Part shown: positions 1 through 13,182 of the stretch, piece by piece
How the letters are laid out: each line of letters begins with the position of its first letter
Position numbering within the stretch: position 1 is the first letter of the stretch
From: Octopus sinensis
Lineage: Eukaryota
Direction of reading: 5' to 3'
Assembly (NCBI RefSeq): GCF_006345805.1
Contig: NC_043025.1
Span: 5,890,001-5,954,000, forward strand
DNA: 64,000 bases
Notes under the pieces: generated by a model
The model's database searches: none
What the model was told of the DNA's origin: nothing
What the model saw: only the letters and a program-made list of their open reading frames with translations
Program-made: the position numbers and the translations under genes

Positions 1-387
1 AAACAGTCGAGGCCATTTTGTGTTTACACCCTGGGTGTACGAGGGGGGTAACTAATTACAGAGAGATAATGATGTAATGAAGAGCAGGCAGAAGGGGTAG
101 AATAAGGGTGGGAGTTGAATGATCCAACAGTAGGAAGGAGGCTGTTAAAGAGCTGGGGGAAACGAGAAGGAAAATTATATCTTGTGATACCATACGTTAT
201 CTTAATTATCAAATAAAGGACCACCATGGTGTGTTTTGCACGCATTGATATTTTAGTAAATGAATCCTGTGAACTGTACTGGAGTAGATTGTGTGACTTA
301 GTGGTCGGGCTGTTTGGCTCATAATTGTTAGGTGGTGGTTTCGGATCTCTTCTGTTTGACAGGCAGTTTTTTAAAATAATTTCTTTG

Positions 388-1343
388 TAACTAAACACTT
401 TTAAACTTCGTATACTGGTAGAATGTGTATTATAAACATCTTTTTCTCTTGGCTTTATTGAGAAAATTCTATAGTGGATCTTTTCATTTTGAACGGCACA
501 CAATTTCTAGTTAACTAAACACTTTTAAACTTCGTATACTGGTAGATTGTTTTTATAAAACATCTTTTTCTCTTGGCTTTATTGAGAAAATTCTATAGTG
601 GATCTTTTCATTCTGAACGGCACACAATTTCTAGTTAACTAAACACTTTTAAACTTCGTATACTGGTAGATTGTTTTTATAAAACATCTTTTTCTCTTGG
701 CTTTATTGAGAAAATTCTATAGTGGATCTTTTCATTCTGAACGATACACAATTTCTAGTTAACTAAACACTTTTAAACTTCGTATACTGGTAGATTGTTT
801 TTATAAAACATCTTTTTCTCTTGGCTTTATTGAGAAAATTCTATAGTGGATCTTTTCATTCTGAACGATACACAATTTCTAGTTAACTAAACACTTTTAA
901 ACTTCGTATACTGGTAGATTGTTTTTATAAAACATCTTTTTCTCTTGGCTTTATTGAGAAAATTCTATAGTGGATCTTTTCATTCTGAACGATACACAAT
1001 TTCTAGTTAACTAAACGCTTTAAAACTGCGTACACTGGTAGAATGTGTTTATAAAACATCTTTTTATCTTGGCTTTATTGAGAAAATTCTATAGTGGATC
1101 TTTACCTTTTGAACGGTACACAATTTCTAATTAACAAAACACTCTTAAACTTCGTATACTGGTAGATTGTTTTTATAAAACATCTTTTTCTCTTGGCTTT
1201 ATTGAGAAAATTCTATAGTGGATCTTTTCATTCTGAACGACACACAAATTCTAGTTAACTAAACACTTTTAAACTTCGGACACTGGTAGAATGTGTTTAT
1301 AAAACATCTTTTTCTCTTGGCTTTATTGAGAAAATTCTATAGT
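388..1343. repeat. 124-bp tandem repeat, about 7.7 copies
   Basis: The motif ttaactaaacac recurs at 511, 635, 759, 883, 1007, 1131 (diverged) and 1255, an exact 124-bp period. Confidence 0.95.
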
Positions 1344-1559
1344 TTGTAAGATATATGTTGTTTTTTTTCTGCAATTTCTGCAATTTCAACCAATCACTGA
1401 CGTCTATTGAAGTAAAAAACATTCTGTGCTGTATGAACATGGTCCCTCGTTTAAGAAACAGATTGGGTTTATTTACATTTGTGAAGAAAAAAGATACCCT
1501 TCCCCCCACCCCTAACCCTAAGATCCGTGATTTCAATTCCTGGACTGGGCAATAAGTTC

Positions 1560-1950
1560 TGTCCTCAAAGAAGGTATTACACTTCACACTGCTACAGTCT
1601 TCTCAACTGTAAATGAGTACCTTCTCATGACCACAAGTTTGTGGGTTCAATTCCTGGGCCAGGCAGTGTGCAGTGTCTTTGAGGAAGGCATTCACTTTAC
1701 ATTGCTACAGTCTGCTCAGCTATGATCTTAAGTTTGTGGGTTCAATTCTTGAGCCAGGCAGTGTGTTGTGTTTTTTAGGAAGGCATTCACTTCACATTTC
1801 TACAGTCTATCCAGCTACGATTTTCAGTTTGTGGGTTCAGTCTCTGGGCTAGGCAGTGTGTTTGGTCCTTGAGGAAGACATTTCACTTCCTGTTGCTGCA
1901 GTCTGCTCAGCCATGATCTTAAGTTCAGGGGTTCAATTCCTTAGCCCAGG
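1560..1950 (+). repeat. Degenerate ~95-bp tandem repeat of a SINE head/core segment, about 4 copies
   Basis: A B-box-like gggttca(a/g) motif recurs near 1643, 1738, 1833 and 1929. The first three are followed by ggcagtgtg...gaag(g/a)cat, similar to the SINE at 6863-7159. Confidence 0.65.
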
Positions 1951-1998
1951 AATGTACATTTAAGTGTAGGTTTATGTATTTATGTATATTTATGTATA

Positions 1999-2230
1999 TC
2001 TTTATATATAAAAGTGAAGTTGTGTGTCTGTCTCCTACGATTTAGATTGCTAACTACTCCCACATTTTGCTGTGCAGTGTAACCAAAACTGGGTATCTTA
2101 TAGTCGTGATTCATATCGAGCCCTTCTGGGTATTAGCGCGCGTCTAAGATGAGTCTACGATTTAAAAAAAAATTTACCATCGTTTTTTCCCATTTTTAAT
2201 GCATTTTTTTGCTATTATATAAGGGAAGTA
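1999..2230 (+). mobile_element. Non-autonomous Helitron family 1, 5' part only
   Basis: Starts A|TC-tttatatataaaag and matches the 5' portion of the full copies at 39626-40021 and 58576-58971. The 3' hairpin and CTAG are absent. Confidence 0.75.
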
Positions 2231-2510
2231 TATATGTATACATATATATACACATATATACATATATACACATATATATGTATACATATATACAACAGGC
2301 TTCTTTCAGTTTCCGTCTACCAAATCCACTCACAAGGCATTGGTCGACCCGGGGCTATAGTAGAAGTCACTTGCCCAAATGCCACGCAGTGGGACTGAAC
2401 CCGGAACCATGAGGTTGGTTAGCAAGCTACTAACCATACAGCCACTCCCGCGCCTATAATGTCTAAAAGTTGATGAATACCACCTATTGATCTCCTCCAT
2501 TCTCTTATTG

Positions 2511-2551
<41 letters not shown>

Positions 2552-2678
2552 GTCAATAATAAAGGGTAAAATTTATTAATTATTAATTAATTTTACCAAG
2601 TAGTGTTCAGTATGTAAAATGACCATTTACGGTATGTTTGATTTTTAGTACTTTCAAATCCAAATCAGAAGAAATCTT

Positions 2679-2740
2679 TGAGCTGATGAAGGAAGTGTTG
2701 GTCTTTATAGTTAACTAATCCAGAAACAGGCTTGTTCTCA
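2679..2740 (+). ncRNA. Hammerhead ribozyme-like motif (type I)
   Basis: UGAG-CUGAUGA-A-GGA...UCC-A-GAAACA-GGCU-UGUU-CUCA. Stem I is UGAG/CUCA, stem III has 3 bp, and the triplet is GUU. Confidence 0.55.
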
Positions 2741-2957
2741 GGTGATCTTATATAGATGTGAATTTTCGTTATTTTTCCCTTATACCTGTGTGAGTTGTTT
2801 CTGAGTATGCATTGTCTGGGAGATTTTTCTTACAGTAGAAGAAATAGCTAAGTTTTTGGGTGCTGCTTCTAAAAAGTTCAGTGGGTGGTAAAGTAAATTA
2901 TTTTACTGAACCCTATTTTTATAAAGTAATATTTCAATATATATATATATATATATA

Positions 2958-3373
2958 CTCTCTTTTACTCTTTTACTTGTTTCAGTCATTTGACTGCGGC
3001 CATGCTGGAGCACCGCCTTTAGTCGAGCAACTCGACCCCGGGACTTATTCTTTTTGTAAGCCCAGTACTTATTCTATCGATCTCTTTTTGCCGAACCGCT
3101 AAGTGACGGGGACTTAAACACACCAGCATCGGTTGTCAAGCAATGCTAGGGGGACAAACGCAGACACACAAACATATACACATACATACACATATATATA
3201 TATACATATATCCGACGGGCTTCTTTCAGTTTCCGTCTACCAAATCCAGTCACAAGATTTTGGTCGGCCTGAGGCTATAGCAGAAGACACTTGCCCAAGG
3301 TGCCACGCAGTGGGACTGAACCCGGAACCATGTGGTTGGTTAGCAAGCTACTTACCACACAGCCACTCCTGCG

Positions 3374-3375
<2 letters not shown>
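2958..3375 (-). mobile_element. tRNA-derived SINE family A, full length
   Basis: Head ggagtggctgtgtggtaag with B-box ggttcagtccc, CORE-like ccttgggcaagtgtcttc, internal (AT/GT)n, tail ccagcatggccgcagtcaaatgactgaaacaagtaaaagag. More than 20 full or partial copies are in the window. Confidence 0.85.
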
Positions 3376-3412
<37 letters not shown>

Positions 3413-3799
3413 CCTACGTGTGTGTGTGTTTATCTCTCTGTTTGTCCCTCACCACTACTTCACAAATACTGTTGGCATGTTTATATTCCAGTAACTTAGT
3501 GGTTTAGTAAAAGAGAATTAGGACTGGAGTTGACACGTTTGACTGAAATTTTCAAGGCTGTGCCCCAGCTTGGCCACAACACAATGACTGAATCAAGCAA
3601 AAGATAAAAGAAAGATATATTGGCATCTTGGGCAAGTGCCTTCTGCTATAGCCCCGGGCTGACCAATGCCTTGTGAGTGGATTTGGTAGACGGAAACTGA
3701 AAGAAGCCTGTCGTATATATGTATATATATGTATGTTGTGTGTATATGTTTTGTGTCTGTGTTTGTCCCCCTAGCATTGCTTGACAACCGATGCTGGTA

Positions 3800-4275
3800 T
3801 GTTTAGGTCCCCGTAACTTAGCGGTTCGGCAAAAGAGACCGATAGAATAAGTACTGGGCTTACAAAAGAATAAGTCCCGGGGTCGATTTGCTCGACTAAA
3901 GGCGGTGCTCCAGCATGGCCGCAGTGAAATGACTGAAGCAATTAAAAGAGTTATACAGTGTCTAGTCCCTGTAACTTAGTGGTTCGGCAAAAGAGACCGA
4001 TAGAATAAGTACTGGGTTTACAAAGAATAAGTCCCGGGGTCGATTTGCTCGACTAAAAGGCGGTGCTCCAGCATGGCCGCAGTGAAATGACTGAAGCAAT
4101 TAAAAGAGTTATACAGTGTCTAGTCCCTGTAACTTAGTGGTTCGGCAAAAGAGACCGATAGAATAAGTACTGGGTTTACAAAGAATAAGTCCCGGGGTCG
4201 ATTTGCTCGACTAAAAGGCGGTGCTCCAGCATGGCCGCAGTCAAATGACTGAAACAACTAAAAGAAAAGAGTAAA
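3800..4275 (+). repeat. Tandem triplication of the SINE-A 3' half (~158-bp period)
   Basis: ccctgtaacttag(t/c)ggttcggcaaaagagacc...ccagcatggccgcag is repeated three times (unit starts at 3967 and 4125). Confidence 0.85.
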
Positions 4276-5707
4276 AGAGTATGTGTGTGTGTGTTTGTTT
4301 TTCCTTCCTTGTTTTGATTTTGCATTTCAGTAGCTAAAACATCCCCCACCATCATACAAGTGGCGTCATTCAATTCCAGTCTTCTGTGAAAGAATGTCTG
4401 CTGAGGGAGGAAATATTACCTTGCATGGAAACAGGTGAGGGTTGATGACAGGAAGGGCATCCGGACTCAGACAACCTGTCTGACCTATGCAAGCATTGAA
4501 TAACAAACATTAAAAAGCGATGTCTGTGACGATAATAATGACGATATTTCAGAAATCCGGTATGGTTTTCATCCGCTTTTTTCTCCTCTTTTTTTCCAAC
4601 ATTTCATGCTATTCCATTCCTGCGTCTCTCTATTTTTTTTAATCACCATAATTAATTTCCAGTTTGTGTTTTATCATTTCCTTGTATCATAGAGAAACGA
4701 CACCCAAAGTTCAGCATTTGTTTTCTTCGGGTTTCCTTATTATATTAATCAATTTCCCCTCATACTTATTTTTCTAGCCCAAATTCATTACTTTGAAGTA
4801 GTTTTCGCTTCGTATTAATTTCAAGTACTTCTAATTTATATTATAACGGGCGGTTCTGGTCTAATTCTCTTCTTTCACCAGCTGTGTCTAATTTGAAGGG
4901 TCTCAAATTTTATTTAACTTGCTTCCTCTTACAGTAAATTTCTACCCCTTCGGCATAATTGCCCTAAAGTCTTATTCATATCTATGCCGTGGCCCAATTT
5001 GGGAACAATTTTAGAATTTTAAAGATTTTATTCATATTTATTTTCTTGTCAACTGGGAAATATTGTCTGCAAATATTTAATCTACTACACTCACATGAAC
5101 TGTATGGGGCCTTTGGGAAAGATCCCTTTTACCGTAGCATAGCCACAGACACATTCTTTCTTGTTTTTACTTGTTTCTGTCATTTGACTGCAGCCATGCT
5201 GGAGCACCGTCTTTGGTCAAAGAAATCGACCCCAGGACTTATTCTTTGTCAGCCTTCTACTTATTCTCATTTCTTTATTGTCCACAAGGGGCTAAACATA
5301 GAGGGGACAAACAAGGGGATTAAGTCGATCGCATTGACCCCAGTACGTAACTGGTACTTAATTTATCGACCCCGAAAGGATGAAAAGCAAAGTCGACCTC
5401 GGCAGAATTTGAACTCAGAATGTAACGCCAGATGAAATACTGGTAAGCATTTCGTCCGGCGTGCTAACGTTTCTGCCAGCTCGCCTTCTACTTATTCTAT
5501 TACTCTCTTTTTGCTGAACCCCTAAGTTACAGGGACGTAAACACATCAATATCTGTTGCTAAATGATGGCAGGGAGGGGGGAGAAACATAAACAAAGACA
5601 CATACACATAAATATATATATGATAGGCTTCTTTCATTTTCCATCTACTAAATTCACTAACAAGGCATTTGACAGCCCCAGGCTATAGTAGAAGAAAACT
5701 GCCCATG

Positions 5708-6129
5708 GCTACCAAATAGGTATCAAATAGGGATCCAATCAACCTTGCTACCAAATAGGTATCAAATAGGGATCCAATCAACCTTGCTACCAAATAGGTA
5801 TCAAATAGGGATCCAATCAACCTTGCTACCAAATAGGTATCAAATAGGGATCCAATCAACCTTGCTACCAAATAGGTATCAAATAGGGATCCAATCAACC
5901 TTGCTACCAAATAGGTATCAAATAGGGATCCAATCAACCTTGCTACCAAATAGGTATCAAATAGGGATCCAATCAACCTTGCTACAAATAGGTATAAATA
6001 GGGATCCAATCAACCTTGCTACCAAATAGGTATCAAATAGGGATCCAATCAACCTTGCTACCAAATAGGTATCAAATAGGGATCCAATCAACCTTGCTAC
6101 CAAATAGGTATCAAATAGGGATCCAATCA
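5708..6129. repeat. 39-bp minisatellite, about 11 copies
   Basis: Unit gctaccaaataggtatcaaatagggatccaatcaacctt. It explains the 13-aa repeat ORFs in the track. Confidence 0.95.
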
Positions 6130-6862
6130 AATTAAGCATGCACATGCATGCATTCATACATATAAACACACACATACACTCTTTTACTCTTTTACTTGTT
6201 TCAGTCATTTGACTGCGGCCATGCTGCAGCACCGCCTTTAGTCGAGCAACTCGACCCGGGGACTTATCTCTTTAAGACCAGTACTTATTCTATCGGTCTT
6301 TCTTGCCGAAGCGCTAAGTGACAGGGACATAAAACACACCAGCATCGGTTGTCAAGCCATGCTAGCGGGACAAACACAGACACACAAACATACACGCACA
6401 CATACACATATATATATATATATACATATATACGACGGGCTTCTTTCAGTTTCCGTCAAGCAAATCGACCCTGGGACTTATTCTTTGTAAGCCCAGTACT
6501 TATTCTATCAGTCTCTTTTGCCAAACCGCTAAGTGACAGGGACATAAACACACCAGCATCGGTTGTCAAGCCATGCTAGGGGGACAAACACAGACACACA
6601 AACATACACGCACACATACACCATATATATATATACATATATATGACGGGCTTCTTTCAGTTTCCGTCTACCAAATCCACTCACAAGGCTTTGGTCTGCC
6701 CAAGGCTATAGTAGAAGACACTTGCCCAAGGTGCCACACAGTGGGACTGAACCTGGAACCATGTGGTTGGTAAGCAAGCTACTTACCACACAGCCACTCC
6801 TGTGCCTATATATATGTTATATATACATATATATATGTATATATATATATATATATATACAT

Positions 6863-7159
6863 GCTGCTGCGACCCCTTCCCAGGCACAAGTCCGGGCAAG
6901 GTTGTTATGGAAGACCAGCAGTCACCCATGCATACTGGCATCCCCTCTCCACGCTACCGATTTTGTCCAAGGGAAAGGCAAAGGGGCCGATACAGCTTGG
7001 CACCAGTCAAGTCGCAACTCATTTCTACAGCTGAGTGAACTGGAGCAACGTGAAATAAAGTGTCTTGCTCAAGAACACAACATGCAGCCTGGTCCGGGAT
7101 TCGAACTCACAACCTCACAACTGTAAGCTTGACACTCTAACCACTGAGCCATGCACCTT
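6863..7159 (-). mobile_element. tRNA-derived SINE family D (CORE-like)
   Basis: Minus strand reads ggtgcatggctcagtggttagag (A-box), gagttcgaatccc (B-box), gtgttcttgagcaagacactttatttcacgttgctccag. Confidence 0.8.
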
Positions 7160-7200
7160 CACTATATATACATATTATACTATATATATATTTATATATT

Positions 7201-7248
<48 letters not shown>

Positions 7249-7440
7249 TATAATATATATAATTTCAACAATTGAGGGTAAAATTAATTAGCTATTAATC
7301 AATTTCACCAAGTATTCAGTATGTAAAGGGACCATTTAAGGCGAATTCAAAATATTACATTGTATAAAAGGGCTTAGTAAAATAAATTACTTGCGCCACA
7401 TACTGAACTTTATATAATATATAAATACATATATATACAA

Positions 7441-7527
<87 letters not shown>

Positions 7528-7635
7528 CATATATACATATATATACATATATAATATATATAGATATACATGCATATTATATATATGTGTATATATATGC
7601 ATACATTTCTTAGATTCATTGATATGCACTATATA

Positions 7636-7668
<33 letters not shown>

Positions 7669-8349
7669 AACACATGCATACACACAATCACAAATACACA
7701 CATACATACATATGTCCATCTTTACACATTTCTACACAACCGTTGGTAGGTATACATGTATGTATATGACATCGCCTTGTTTAATTACAGTTTGTGTAAA
7801 TCATTGGGACTTTATTACCACTAAAACACACACACACACACACACACACAACACACTCACACACACACACAGAGGCATACATATACATTCAAGATGGCAG
7901 CCTTGTTATCACATGACAGCTGTGTCAGCTGATTGATTGCAAATGGCTGATGATGAAAAGATATAAAACCCACTTGGGACCTCTTGTTCTTTTCAAGTGG
8001 CGGGGAATTCCCCGAGGCCATGAGAAAATATTTGATGATGTTCAAACTTCAGTTCTGAGGCCAGTGAATTCTTTGAAAGTGTCATGTGAAAAAAGGCCAT
8101 TGAATTCTCGAGATCTAAAGCAGATATTTAGTTCTTCCGTGCTTCTGTTTCTGCTGAGATACACAATATTTGTTTTAATTGATTTTTAAAAGAATGAAGA
8201 ATTTGGTAAAATAGCAGAGACACCATTAAGACATTTGAAACGAATTACCATGAAATTTTGAAAGAAAGCTGTAATTTTGATCATTTTAGAACAGGGAATT
8301 TGTATCAAAGAACCAAAGACAGTCTCAGGTGTGTTGGTATCTAAATGGT

Positions 8350-8740
8350 GGAGGCGCAATGGCCCAGTGGTTAGGGCAGTGGACTCGCGGTCGTAGGATC
8401 GCGGTTTCGATTCCCAGACCGCGCGTTGTGAGTGTTTATTGAGCGAAAACACCTAAAAGCTCCACGAGGCTCCGGCAGGGAGTGGTGGTGATCCCTGCTG
8501 TACTCTTTCACCACAACTTTCTCTCAGTCTTACTTCCTGTTTCTGTTGTACCTGTATTTCAAAGGGCCGGCCTTGTCACTCTCTGTGTCACGCTGAATAT
8601 CCCCGAGAACTATGTTAAGGATACACGTGTCTGTGGAGTGCTCAGCCACTTACACGTTAATTTTCACAAGCAGGCTGTTCTGTTGATCGGATCAACTGGA
8701 ACCCTCGTCGTCGTAATCGACAGAGTGCTTCCTTCCCTCA
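8350..8740 (+). mobile_element. tRNA-derived SINE family C, full length with TSD
   Basis: Head ggaggcgcaatggcccagtggttagg...ggtttcgattccc. The 14-bp TSD ggtatctaaatggt is at 8336-8349 and 8741-8754. Confidence 0.9.
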
Positions 8741-8847
8741 GGTATCTAAATGGTTTAAGGTGAACATGATGGAAAGGTCCCAAGCTAAATCATATGACAA
8801 GGATATTTCTGGAAATTACTATTTTTAAATCTCACAATGTGAGATAT

Positions 8848-9061
8848 TTAACAACAGTACTTTGTAGTAAAAATTGTTTGCCAACGTAGCATGGCAGTTC
8901 CTGGTTTAGGACGAATGTTGCTGTAATATAAGGACACAGATCGTGTCATATGGCCGGCTGGAGACGATGTCTTCAGGGGCTAAATTACAGCAACATTTGT
9001 CCTAAACCAGGACTGCCATGTTATGTTGGCCAACAATTTTTACTACAAGGATATTTGTTAA
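8848..9061. mobile_element. MITE with ~80-bp terminal inverted repeats bounded by TTAA
   Basis: 8848-8927 is the imperfect reverse complement of 8984-9061, and both ends read TTAA. Confidence 0.7.
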
Positions 9062-9587
9062 AATATACCATTTTTGCTCCAATTAGTTTTCAAAATAATG
9101 AAGAATTTAGTTAAATAACTTGGTTATTATCGAGTTTATGATTGCAGCACAAATAGATGTGAAATTTTGATAGAAAGTTTGAATTTAGATCATCATCATC
9201 ATCGTTTAACGTCCGTTCTCCATGCTAGCATGGGTTGGATGGTTTGACCGGGGATCTGGGAAGCCAGAAGGCTGCACCAGGCTCCAGTCTGATCTGGCAA
9301 TGTTTCTACGGCTGGATGCCCTTCCTAACGCCAACCACACACATAAATATATATACATACATATGTTTATATAAATATATAAATTTCAATTTGTTTACAT
9401 ATGCAATTGTATTTATGTAGATATTAATATACATGTTTTCACATATATATATATATATATATATATAACATATATAAAGTTAATCCAAACAAGAAAACAC
9501 AGAAAAAAAGAGAAAAAAAAAACACAGCAACGCAGGACGTGGAACAATTAAAGTATTATTTGACGCTCAGGAAAGAAGGGAAGGAGG

Positions 9588-9622
9588 GTTTAACGTTTCG
9601 AGCGGAGCTCTTCGTCGGAAAC
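9588..9622 (-). ncRNA. Minimal hammerhead-like motif, U4C variant
   Basis: GUUU-CCGACGA-A-GAGC-UCC-GCUC-GAAAC-GUU-AAAC. Confidence 0.45.
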
Positions 9623-9981
9623 AAGGAGAAGGAAAGATCCCAAGAAGGGAAGACAGAGGAGATTCCCTTCCTAACGCCAACCACTCCATGAGTGTAGTGG
9701 GTGCTTTTTACGTGCCACCCGCACAGGAGACAGACGCAACTGGCAAACAGCCACGGACGGATGGTGCTTTTTATGTGCCACTGGCACGGGGGCCGAGTTT
9801 TGAAAATAATGATGAATTGTGTAAATTAATTTTGTCGTTAATTAAGCTGGAGTTCGTAAAATAAATTAACATGAAATTTCAATGTAAAGTTCTAATGTAG
9901 ATCACTTTATATCAGAGAAACAAGGGAGATTTCAGGAGATTTGATATCAAAAGAGAGAAGACAAACATGATGGAAAGATCT

Positions 9982-10391
9982 GGTGGCTGTGTGGTAAGTA
10001 GCTTGCTAACCAGCCACATAGTTCCGGGTTCAGTCCCACTGCGTGGCATCTTAGGCAAGTGTCTTCTACTATAGCCTTGGGCCGACCAAAGCCTTGTGAG
10101 TGGATTTGGTAGACGGAAACTGAAAGAAGCCCGTCATATATATGTATATATATATATGTGTGTGTGTGTGTGTATGTGTTTGTGTGTCTGTGTTTGTCCC
10201 CCTAGCATTGCTTGACAATCGATGCTGGTGTGTTTACGTCCCCGTCACTTAGCGGTTCAGCAAAAGAGACCGATAGAATGAGTAATGGGCTTACAAAGAA
10301 TAAGTCCCGGGGTCGATTTGCTCGACTAAAGGCGGTGCTCCAGCATGGCCACAGTCAAATGACTGAAACAAGTAAAAGAGTAAAAAAAGAG
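9982..10391 (+). mobile_element. SINE family A, near full length
   Basis: Same head, body and tail as 2958-3375. Confidence 0.85.
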
Positions 10392-11181
10392 TAAAGCTAA
10401 AACATATGACTAGGATATTTCTGTTGAAATACACTGGTTTTCGTCATCATCATCGTTTAATGCCCGCCTTCCACGCTAGCATGGGCTGGACAGTTCGACC
10501 GGGGTCTGGGAAGCCAGGAGGCTGCACCGGGCTCCAGTCTGATCTGGCCCATCCCTGATTTGCCTCGACCCCAACTACTTGATAACTGGTGTTGGTTTGT
10601 TTACATCCACATGACCTACTGGTTTGGCAAAAAAGCGGCAGGAAGAATAAATACAAGGTTTAAGTAAAAATGAGGACTAAGTTCAAATTGTTTGACGGGA
10701 CCCTTTCAAGGCAGTGCCCCAGCATGGCCACAGCTGAGATTACAGAAAGAAATAAATGATAAGAGAAATATCTGATGCTGTTTGAATGAGGGCTTTTGTT
10801 CACGAAGAATCACAGAACACGTCAAGAGGTGAGGACACGCTTTGGCATCGGGGTGCATACCAGTGGCACCAGCTGTACGAACAGGAAGGCCTTTGTATAC
10901 AACCAGCAGACACACACACACACAAACAGATAGATAGATAGAGAGAGAGATAGATAGATATATACATATACATACATATATATATATGTATATATGTATA
11001 TATGTATGTGTGTGTGTGCGTGTGCATGTATGTATGTATGTCTCTGTATATGTATATTGATGTGCATACATATGTGAATGATAAAATATATGTGTGAATA
11101 TAATATATATATATGTGTGTTGTGTGTGTGTATATATATAATATACACACACACACATATATATATATGTATGTATATATG

Positions 11182-11220
<39 letters not shown>

Positions 11221-11243
11221 TATGTATATATATGTATATATAG

Positions 11244-11274
<31 letters not shown>

Positions 11275-11930
11275 AATATATGTATATATACATATATATA
11301 TATAATATTATATTTACACACATATATTTTATCATGTGTGTCATCATCATCATCATCATCGTTTAACGTCCATTCACCATGCTAGCATGGGTGTGTGTAG
11401 TATATATATGAGTGTGTATACTACACATATACATACATACACCTATATATAGAACATGTGTAAATATACTCATGCACACACACACATATATATATATACA
11501 TACACACATACATTTACACACACACATATCTTATCCATGTAAGTATGCACATACATATATATATATATATATACATACACACAAACAAATGTACACGCAG
11601 ACACACACACACACGCATACACACACATGCACACAGCTATCTACACACCTGCTCTAGAAATAAGGAGAGGCTTAACAATCATTGCTTTTGTTCAATCCTT
11701 GTGGAGATATTCTGCCTGACACTGTGCCATGGGCACAAAAGACACATTGGATAGAGGGAAAGAGATAGGTGATATGATACATGTATTTCGTTTGGTATGT
11801 CATGGTTGGCTGGCTTTGGCTGGACCCGGACTGATAGTGCCTTGAGATAGTGATTGTTTGGAAGTGTACATGTGTGTGCGAATGTATATGGTTTAATTAA
11901 GATGAATATACATACATATATATATATTAT

Positions 11931-11976
<46 letters not shown>

Positions 11977-12058
11977 TGCATATATACATATATATATGTA
12001 TATATGAGTATATATGTGTGTGTGTGTGTAACTATATATACAATCTATTTATATGTAA

Positions 12059-12089
<31 letters not shown>

Positions 12090-12109
12090 TATGTATACAT
12101 GTATGTATG

Positions 12110-12163
<54 letters not shown>

Positions 12164-12554
12164 GTTAATAAATAGAACATATGCATATATATAAACATAT
12201 ATGTACGTACCTACCTCTACATGTACATATACACGCATATATGTGTACAGGACACCAAAAAGACGTCGAACACATAGAGAGACGAAAAACATAGACACAA
12301 ACCAAGGAACAAGACAAGCAAAAAAAGAGATACAGGACAATAAGCACAACGAAAAATCCCCTTCTTCAGTCGCTAAGGTTTCATCTACTAAACGTTTCGA
12401 AGGATAAAAGCGAAATATATACTCAAGCACACACATATATGTATATATATATATATATATACACATATATGTGTGTGCTTGAGTATATATCTGTGCATAT
12501 ATGCATGTGTATATATATGTATATGTGTGTGGTGTGTTTATATATACACACGTT

Positions 12555-12593
<39 letters not shown>

Positions 12594-12683
12594 TGATGTA
12601 GTTCCCTTGTTTCAAACACAAGTAACCACTGTCAAATAGAAAAAAAGTAACCGATGTACAATGTCTATATATATATATAGATA

Positions 12684-13078
12684 GGTGCAGGAGTGGCTGT
12701 ATGGTAAGTAGCTTGCTTACCAACCACATGGTTCCGGGTTCAGTCCCACTGCGTGGCATCTTGGGCAACTGTCTGCCACTATAGCCCCGGGCCGACCAAT
12801 GCCTTGTGAGTGGATTTGGTAGACAGAAACTGAAAGAAGCCCGTCGTATATATATATATATATGTATGTGTGTGTTTGTGTGTCTGTGTTTGTCCCCCTA
12901 GCATTGCTTGACAACCGATGCTGGTGTGTTTACGTCCCCGTCACTTAGCGGTTCGGCAAAAAGAGACCGATAGAATAAGTACTGGGCTTACAAAGAATAA
13001 GTCCCAGGGTCGATTTGCTCGACTAAAGGCGGTGCTCCAGCATGGCCGCAGTCAAATGACTGAAACGAGTAAAAGAGT
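12684..13078 (+). mobile_element. SINE family A, full length
   Basis: Complete from head to gtaaaagag tail. Confidence 0.85.
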
Positions 13079-13182
13079 ATATATAACGGGAAGGTTTACG
13101 AAAATAAACAAAAGACGAAGGCAGGTGGAGTACAAACAAACAATTGTATTAGTATGGTGCTCAGGAATAGAAATAGAACAAG

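Noticed and set aside
4560-5110. Possible decayed Penelope RT fragment on the minus strand (YFPVDKKINMNKIF)
   Set aside because: Too short and stop-ridden to support.
7950-8189. 79-aa ORF MMKRYKTHLG...
   Set aside because: No recognisable domain, and its 3' end runs into an AT-rich repeat.
10760-10910. GC-richer unique island as an exon
   Set aside because: Several open frames, but no strong acceptor/donor pair and no recognisable peptide.
12355-12410. Permuted (type II order) hammerhead on the minus strand: GAAAC-GUU...CUGAAGA
   Set aside because: Stem I and stem II pair poorly, so it is not supportable without a family consensus.
7387-12619. Many long ORFs rich in Y/I, C/V or H/T (for example 10706-11359 and 12032-12619)
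   Set aside because: They are translations of (AT)n, (GT)n and (CA)n microsatellites.
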